Source: Victivallis vadensis (GTDB lineage Bacteria; Verrucomicrobiota; Lentisphaeria; Victivallales; Victivallaceae). From it: a stretch of DNA of 64,000 nucleotides. Where the stretch lies: assembly GCA_040393525.1 (NCBI GenBank), contig JBEBTY010000012.1, positions 15,400-79,399 on the forward strand. The letters run 5' to 3'. This document shows positions 58,362 through 64,000 of the stretch, one piece after another. Position numbers and translations under genes: made by a program. The notes under the pieces are model-generated. The model saw only the letters and a list, made by a program, of their open reading frames with translations, ran no database searches and was not told the DNA's origin. The stretch's first letter is position 1. Each line of letters starts with the position of its first letter.

Positions 58362-59417
58362 TTACTGGTCGGCGTTCCTCCAGGCGGTGTCGCAGGGAGG
58401 AACCGTTCCGCCGGGCGGAGCGGTTACGGTGTAATACTCTTCCGGAACCGGAGTGTTGGAGCGTGATTCGGTGTGTCCGTCGTTGTACAGCAGATTGACG
58501 ATCTTGAAGTTGTGCGGCATGAGAAGGCCGGAGGCGTAGACGCAGGCGAAGTCCATCAGAAGGGCCTTGCCCTGATTCTGCGGCGAGGATTTCAACGGCC
58601 GGAACTCGGCTTCGGTTTCCCGGTAGAGATAAGCGGTTTGCACCACCGTTCCATTTTTTTTCCAATTATCCCGCACGTAACCGGGGGTGCGGTCGGAGTT
58701 GGACGGGCAGCCGAGAATTTCCGGCGGAACCTGGTATAACACCGGCAATTTGCCCAGAGCATAGGGAACGCCTCCGTACATCCGGGCGATGGGAATGCTG
58801 GAGCCCCAGTAGCTTCCGTCCGTATCCGGAATCATCCCCGCATGATCCGTCGTATAGAATTCCAGTGCCGTTCCCAGCTGTTTCAGATTGTTTGTGCAGG
58901 TTGTCCGGGAGGCGCGTTCCCGTGCCTCTCCCAATGCCGGGAGCAGCATGCCAGCCAGAATCAGCACGATGGCGATCACTACCAGAAGTTCCACCAGCGT
59001 AAATCCGCGCTTCTGCAATCCGCGTCGCCATAATTGCACCAGATGCGCCGTTACCGCGCTTCCCACTCCGGCCAGCAGGATCGCGAGCCAGAGTTCCCAT
59101 AGAATTACGGCGGAAAGCGCGAGCATTGCCCAGAGGAAACACAAGCTACGCGCCAAGACTTTGCCCGATATTCCACCTTTTTGCTGATACGCGTCGATAT
59201 ACTCGCGGAACATGCGGGAACGACGGATCTGCGCCTGAATCTTCGGCTCTCCTGCAAAGCAGGCCATTGCCAACAGGACAAATGGAGTCGTCGGCAGAAT
59301 CGGCAGAAAAATACCGATTCCACCGACCAGCAGCAGTGCGCAACCGGCGGCGAAGCGCAGTTGGCGCCCGATGCTTCTGCGTTTTGTCACGCGAATGGTT
59401 TGAACCAGACGGGTCAT
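58362..59417 (-). CDS. DUF454/YbaN membrane domain fused to a prepilin / H-X10-DG domain
   Basis: N-terminal [20 protein letters not shown] (DUF454); from residue 139 [24 protein letters not shown]...CTNNLKQLG; [14 protein letters not shown]. Confidence 0.8.
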   Translation of the reverse strand: MTRLVQTIRVTKRRSIGRQLRFAAGCALLLVGGIGIFLPILPTTPFVLLAMACFAGEPKIQAQIRRSRMFREYIDAYQQKGGISGKVLARSLCFLWAMLALSAVILWELWLAILLAGVGSAVTAHLVQLWRRGLQKRGFTLVELLVVIAIVLILAGMLLPALGEARERASRTTCTNNLKQLGTALEFYTTDHAGMIPDTDGSYWGSSIPIARMYGGVPYALGKLPVLYQVPPEILGCPSNSDRTPGYVRDNWKKNGTVVQTAYLYRETEAEFRPLKSSPQNQGKALLMDFACVYASGLLMPHNFKIVNLLYNDGHTESRSNTPVPEEYYTVTAPPGGTVPPCDTAWRNADQ

Positions 59418-59428
59418 GCAGTGATCCT

Positions 59429-60955
59429 TTAATGACCTGTCGGCATGGTTTTCTCAATCAGTTCTTCATGATCGAGTTTGGCAAGTTTCTTCACCCGATC
59501 GAAGTTGAGCCCCATTGCTTTGGTGATGCGTTCGCCATATTCGCTGTCCGCCCAGTAGCAATGCACCGCATGGCGGTATTTAATGTTGTCGGTTACCGAG
59601 GCGATGTTGCGCGCTGTATTTTCGATCAAAAGCTGTCGCTTCTCTTCGTTCATCAGGCGGTAAAGATTGCCGCCGGCGCGGAAATTGTCATCGGTCGGAT
59701 CATCTTTGGGGTCGTAGGCGTAAGCGGCGCCTTCCAGATCCAACGGCGGTTCCATCACTTCCGGCTGTGCCGTCCAGCAATCGTAGCTGTTGGGAGTGTA
59801 GGCGGGGGCGCGGCCATAATTACCGTCCACACGCATCGCTCCGTCGCGATGGGAGTCGCTGACCTTGGCGTTCTTCGCCTGATTGACCGGAATCTGGGTA
59901 TGGTTGATTCCGAGGCGGTAGCGTTGGGCGTCGCCGTACGCAAACAGGCGTCCCTGCAGGAAGCGATCCGGCGAGAACCCGATTCCGGGAACCACATGCG
60001 CCGGAGAGAATGCGGCTTGTTCCACTTCGGCAAAATAGTTTTCCGGCCAGCGGTTCAGCTCGATTTCACCGATTTCAATCAGCGGGAACTCCTTTTGTGA
60101 CCAGATTTTGGTGATGTCGAACGGGTTCTCGTAATGCTTTGCCGCTTTTTTCGTGGTCATGACTTGGATGTACAGTGTCCATTTCGGGAAGTCGCCGCGC
60201 TCGATGGCATCGAACAGGTCGTGGCCGTGGCTCTCTCGATCCTTGCCGCAGAGTTCTTCGGCTTCCTGATCGGTCAGGTTCTTGATCCCCTGCTGGGTGC
60301 GGAGATGAAATTTACACCAGACACGCTCATTCTTGGCGTTGAGCAAGCTGAAGGTGTGTGACCCGTAAGTGTGCATATTCCGAAACGAGGCGGGAATGCC
60401 GCGATCGGACATGACGATCGTCCGTTGATGGAAAGACTCAGGCAACAACGTCCAGAAGTCCCAGTTATTCTGTGCCGAACGCATCCCGGTATAGGGATCG
60501 CGTTTGACGGCGCGGTTCAGGCCCGGAAAGTTGTGTGCGTCGCGAATGAAGAAGGTCGGAGTGTTGTTGCCGACAAGATCCCAATTACCTTCCTCGGTGT
60601 AGAATTTCCAGGCGGCTCCCCGGATATCGCGTTCCGCGTCGGCGGCTCCCCGCTCTCCGGCGACGGTGGAGAAACGGACGAAAAGCTCCGTTTCCTTCCC
60701 GATCTTCGAGAATAGCTTGGCCTTGCTGTATTTGGTGATGTCTTTGGTGACGGTGAATTTGCCGTAGGCGCCCCAGCCTTTGGCGTGCATGCGGCGCTCC
60801 GGAATGACCTCTCGGTTGAAGTGCGCGTGCTTTTCGAGCAACCAGACGTCCTGAAGCAACGCGGGGCCACGCGGCCCCGCAGTCATGGTATTCTCATTAT
60901 CCGGAATCGGAGCACCGACCTCATTGGTCAGTTTTGATAAATTTTTCTTCTTCAT
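59429..60955 (-). CDS. katA: Monofunctional heme catalase (small subunit)
   Basis: [46 protein letters not shown]. Start placed at MKKKNL, behind AGAGGAG. Confidence 0.96.
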   Translation of the reverse strand: MKKKNLSKLTNEVGAPIPDNENTMTAGPRGPALLQDVWLLEKHAHFNREVIPERRMHAKGWGAYGKFTVTKDITKYSKAKLFSKIGKETELFVRFSTVAGERGAADAERDIRGAAWKFYTEEGNWDLVGNNTPTFFIRDAHNFPGLNRAVKRDPYTGMRSAQNNWDFWTLLPESFHQRTIVMSDRGIPASFRNMHTYGSHTFSLLNAKNERVWCKFHLRTQQGIKNLTDQEAEELCGKDRESHGHDLFDAIERGDFPKWTLYIQVMTTKKAAKHYENPFDITKIWSQKEFPLIEIGEIELNRWPENYFAEVEQAAFSPAHVVPGIGFSPDRFLQGRLFAYGDAQRYRLGINHTQIPVNQAKNAKVSDSHRDGAMRVDGNYGRAPAYTPNSYDCWTAQPEVMEPPLDLEGAAYAYDPKDDPTDDNFRAGGNLYRLMNEEKRQLLIENTARNIASVTDNIKYRHAVHCYWADSEYGERITKAMGLNFDRVKKLAKLDHEELIEKTMPTGH

Positions 60956-61265
60956 TTTGTTTCTCCTCTCTTGGTTTTTCGACTCCATGGGACGGGCCGG
61001 GGGGAAACCATCCCTTTTTTACGCGGGTACGTTGCTCGAAGACTTCGAGAATGCTCCAAAAACAGGTGAATGCGGTTACGCCAAGCAGCGAAGACAGGAT
61101 GAAATTACCGCAGAACAAAGAAGATACGGTCAAAATAATGCCGAGAAGAAGAAAGGCGATCCACAGTTTTACACCGAAATAATATTCGCCCTTAATGATG
61201 ATGGGGTGAAATAATCCGATGATCAGAAAACAAAAAAAGCCGACAACAATTCCGGTCCAATTCAT
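60921..61265 (-). CDS. DUF4491-family membrane protein
   Basis: MNWTG...[19 protein letters not shown]...[20 protein letters not shown]; RBS GGAGGAG; overlaps the catalase start by 35 bp. Confidence 0.8.
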   Translation of the reverse strand: MNWTGIVVGFFCFLIIGLFHPIIIKGEYYFGVKLWIAFLLLGIILTVSSLFCGNFILSSLLGVTAFTCFWSILEVFEQRTRVKKGWFPPGPSHGVEKPREEKQNEEEKFIKTDQ

Positions 61266-61348
61266 ACTTCTCCTCCTTTGGGGTGCGAGCCGCAATCGGG
61301 GAGATCGAGCCACGCTTCAGGGGGTCTCTCTTCTTCATTGTAATAAGC

Positions 61349-61415
61349 ATAGTTCCTGAAAAGTGAAAAAGCAAATCGTTTTCGGAAAAGTTTTACAAAA
61401 ACAAACAGGAACTAT
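61349..61415. repeat. 10-bp perfect inverted repeat bracketing a promoter
   Basis: ATAGTTCCTG (61349-61358) and CAGGAACTAT (61406-61415); minus-strand TTGCTT-17-TATGCT. Confidence 0.6.
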
Positions 61416-61660
61416 ATTTTTGTCGAAGAGGGGAGGTCGTTTTTACCAATGCTTTTTCGCATCAAAATGCAGGGTTGCGATCCGACGCCGCGTGGAAGTA
61501 AAAAACAAAGCGCCCGTCGACTTCCACCCGATATCCGGGTGAAAGCGGGACGAGCGCCGGAAAATCGCCGTTCCGGAAAGCGAGAGTTGCGAAGTCGGTC
61601 CGGTCAAAAATTCCAGTCTGTGCTTCCCGCTCTCAAACTTTCCGTTCAGCGTCGTCGAAT

Positions 61661-62824
61661 TTAGAAGGAGTTGCCCATGTTGACGACGGCCGCTTTGACT
61701 TCCTTCTTCTGATATCTCGAGCCTTTGACGAGTTCGTCGAGCATCGCGTCGAATTTTGCGGTGTCCATCGGGATGGTGACTTCTTCCTTCTTCAGCCCCG
61801 AGTAGAGCATCGCATTGCCGAATTCGACCGAACGGATTCCCTCTTCGCCGCGAGCGACGAGCTCCGCTTTCGGATCGAGAATGGCGTTGACAAAGGCTGC
61901 GATCACATCCTGATGCTCGTGGCCGGTGTCTTTGCGGGTCGGGATGACCACGTCCCAGGTGTCCATGCTCGGAAACGCTTCGGGGGTGGTGCGGCAGAAT
62001 TCGTTGACGTCCACTTCGGTGCGCTTGAATTTGATCACACCGTCTTCAAAGCTCATGCGGCCGCGGGTGCCGGAGATTTCCAGACGGTTGGTCCCGGGGA
62101 ATTCGCCGGTCGAGGTGATGAAATTGCCGGTCGAACCATCCGCGAATTCGCAGTAGGTGTTGACATCGTCTTCCACTTCAATATCGTGGTATTTGCCGAT
62201 CGAAGTCGTGCTGCGGATTTTGACCGGAAGGCCAAAAAACCACTGAAAAAGGTCGAGGTGGTGCGGGCACTGGTTGAGCAGTACGCCGCCGCCTTCGCCC
62301 GCCCAGGTGGCGCGCCAGGAGCCGCTGTCGTAGTAGGTCTGCGAACGGAACCAGTCCGTCACCGTCCAGTTGACGCGGACGATTTTGCCGAATTCGCCGT
62401 TTTCGATCAGTTTTTTAATTTTCTTATGTGCTTCGCGTGTGCGCTGGTTGAACATCAGCGCGAAGCGAAGATCCGGGTGTTTCGCGTGTGCGTCGATCAT
62501 CTGCTGGGCGAGGGATTTGGTAACCGCCACCGGTTTTTCACAGAGAACATGAAGACCCTTTTCAAACGCCGCGATGGTGATCGGGGTGTGATCGTAGTGC
62601 GGAACCGAAACGATGACCGCGTCCACCGCGCCGGAGTTGAACAACTCTTCCGTCGAATAGAACACCTTGCAGCCTTCCGGGGCAAGTTTGAGCTTCTCGT
62701 CAGCGCGCTCTTTGTTGGAGTCGCAGATTGCAGCCAACTCCGCCTGCGGAATGTCTTTGATGCTGTGAATATGGCCCGTGCCCATGTTGCCGACGCCGAT
62801 GATGCCGATTCTGACCTTGTCCAT
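61661..62824 (-). CDS. Gfo/Idh/MocA oxidoreductase
   Basis: VRIGIIGVGNMG, HVLCEKP, GGGVLLNQCPHHLD. Start placed at MDKVRI. Confidence 0.92.
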   Translation of the reverse strand: MDKVRIGIIGVGNMGTGHIHSIKDIPQAELAAICDSNKERADEKLKLAPEGCKVFYSTEELFNSGAVDAVIVSVPHYDHTPITIAAFEKGLHVLCEKPVAVTKSLAQQMIDAHAKHPDLRFALMFNQRTREAHKKIKKLIENGEFGKIVRVNWTVTDWFRSQTYYDSGSWRATWAGEGGGVLLNQCPHHLDLFQWFFGLPVKIRSTTSIGKYHDIEVEDDVNTYCEFADGSTGNFITSTGEFPGTNRLEISGTRGRMSFEDGVIKFKRTEVDVNEFCRTTPEAFPSMDTWDVVIPTRKDTGHEHQDVIAAFVNAILDPKAELVARGEEGIRSVEFGNAMLYSGLKKEEVTIPMDTAKFDAMLDELVKGSRYQKKEVKAAVVNMGNSF

Positions 62825-62975
62825 CTGTGAACCTCCGGTTTTTGACTTTGTTAAATGAGTTAACAATATATAAAATACAGCTTTGATCGCACGAATGCAA
62901 GGGATTTTATTCGATTTTTTCAATGCGGCGTGCTATATTAACGGGAATTCTACTTATGGAAAGGATCGAATACCC

Positions 62976-63956
62976 GTGTGGAATCCGATTATCGTAAACG
63001 CCTCCAAGGTGTTGAACGGAGAAGTTCTCACCCGTGCGGAGGCGCTTGAAATAGCAGAGCAAATCAATGGCGACGATCTGTTGGATCTGATTTCTCTGGC
63101 CAATAAGGTGCGGAAAAAATTCGCGCCCGACATCGTTCCCTGTTCGATTCTGAATGCGAAATCCGGCGTCTGTGCTCAGAATTGCCGCTTTTGCGCCCAG
63201 AGCAAATATCATGACACGGGAATTGAAACATATGAATTACTCCCGGCGGAAGAGGTGCTGGTTTCCGCGCGTGCCGCGTATGCGAACGGCGTCCGCGCTT
63301 TCGGTTATGTCACCAGCGGTTACGGCTACAAAATCGTCACGCCGGAATTTCAGCAGATTCTCGATACGCTTGAATTGCTGCATAACGAATTGCCGGAGTT
63401 GAAGATATGCGTCTCCATCGGCATCCTTTCGCGCGAAACCGCGAAATTGCTCGCCGAGCATCACGCATGGCGATATAATATGAATCTGCAAACCAGCCCG
63501 AAACGTTACGCCGAACTGATTGCCGATACGCATACCATTGAAGACAAGATCGCGACGATTCGTTTTCTTCAGGAGTTCGGCGTCACCAACTGCACCGGAG
63601 GAATCTTTGGTCTGGGGGAAACGTGGGAGGATCGGGTGGATATGGCGCTGGCGATCCGCGAACTCGATGTGGACGGCATTCCGCTCAATATTCTGTTGCC
63701 GATCCAGGGCACTCCATTGGAGGGAAGGCCGGTGATGACGGCGGCGGAAGCGTCCAAGGCGTTTGCGCTGTTCCGGTTGCTCAATCCGACGAAGATGATT
63801 AAATTCGCCGCCGGGCGCGAGACGACGATGAAGGATTTTCAGGGGCTGTTGATGCTCTCCGGTCTTAACAGCATGATTACCGGCGGATATTTAACCACCC
63901 GCGGGCGCAGCGTGGAAGACGATGTGAAATTCATCGAACAACTGAACGGATTTTGA
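62976..63956 (+). CDS. bioB: Biotin synthase (radical SAM)
   Basis: NAKSGVCAQNCRFCAQS, YNMNLQTS, NCTGGIFGLGETWEDR, FAAGRE, GGYLTTRG. GTG start behind AAAGGA. Confidence 0.92.
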   Translation: MWNPIIVNASKVLNGEVLTRAEALEIAEQINGDDLLDLISLANKVRKKFAPDIVPCSILNAKSGVCAQNCRFCAQSKYHDTGIETYELLPAEEVLVSARAAYANGVRAFGYVTSGYGYKIVTPEFQQILDTLELLHNELPELKICVSIGILSRETAKLLAEHHAWRYNMNLQTSPKRYAELIADTHTIEDKIATIRFLQEFGVTNCTGGIFGLGETWEDRVDMALAIRELDVDGIPLNILLPIQGTPLEGRPVMTAAEASKAFALFRLLNPTKMIKFAAGRETTMKDFQGLLMLSGLNSMITGGYLTTRGRSVEDDVKFIEQLNGF

Positions 63957-63960
63957 CACG

Positions 63961-64000
63961 ATGGGACTTCGAGAAGAATTGACCGCCGATGTGGCGGCGT
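63961..64000 (+). CDS. Start of the next gene (MGLREELTADVAA...), product undetermined
   Basis: ATG 4 bp after the bioB stop; frame open to the window edge. Confidence 0.5.
   Translation, partial: MGLREELTADVAA

Noticed and set aside
61349-61415. Canonical OxyR site
   Set aside because: The ATAG-N7-CTAT periodicity is absent.
61500-61650. GC-rich hairpins downstream of the second oxidoreductase
   Set aside because: No second copy in the window and no clear U tract; not supportable as a REP, MITE or ncRNA.

Overview
64-kb chromosomal window from a GC-rich bacterium. The gene content (several prepilin/H-X9-DG proteins, large multidomain glycoside hydrolases, no SusC/D, dnaA without dnaN) suggests a PVC-superphylum anaerobe such as Victivallis/Lentisphaerae; this is an inference. 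Left to right: a partial GH36 alpha-galactosidase and a MurQ/GKRP-like SIS protein; a perR-dfx-fprA-rubredoxin-DUF3192 oxygen-defence operon; a PHP protein and an isolated dnaA; sugar oxidoreductases and regulators; a ~26-kb carbohydrate-degradation region (12.6-38.6 kb) with no recognisable transporter but with a pilin-like gene; lpxL, two glycosyltransferases, hflX and a TPR/coiled-coil protein; tRNA-Cys. An ~8.2-kb integrative element follows, bounded by a 35/36-bp duplication of the tRNA 3' end. It carries an intact tyrosine integrase with a DUF6538-like N-terminus, near-identical TGWGRCACA repeat arrays inside both ends, an AT-rich GHKL-ATPase/PD-(D/E)xK nuclease gene, and two 5'-truncated genes (type III res and a primase-associated NTPase) joined back to back. 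The window ends with an AraC/pilin pair, a DUF4491-catalase-DUF454::pilin operon, an oxidoreductase and bioB. The best novelty candidates are the island (arm-like repeats, GHKL-nuclease coupled to type III res, deletion scar), the DUF454-prepilin fusion, and the pilin-containing, transporter-less sugar loci. All family assignments come from motifs read by eye; no database search was run.
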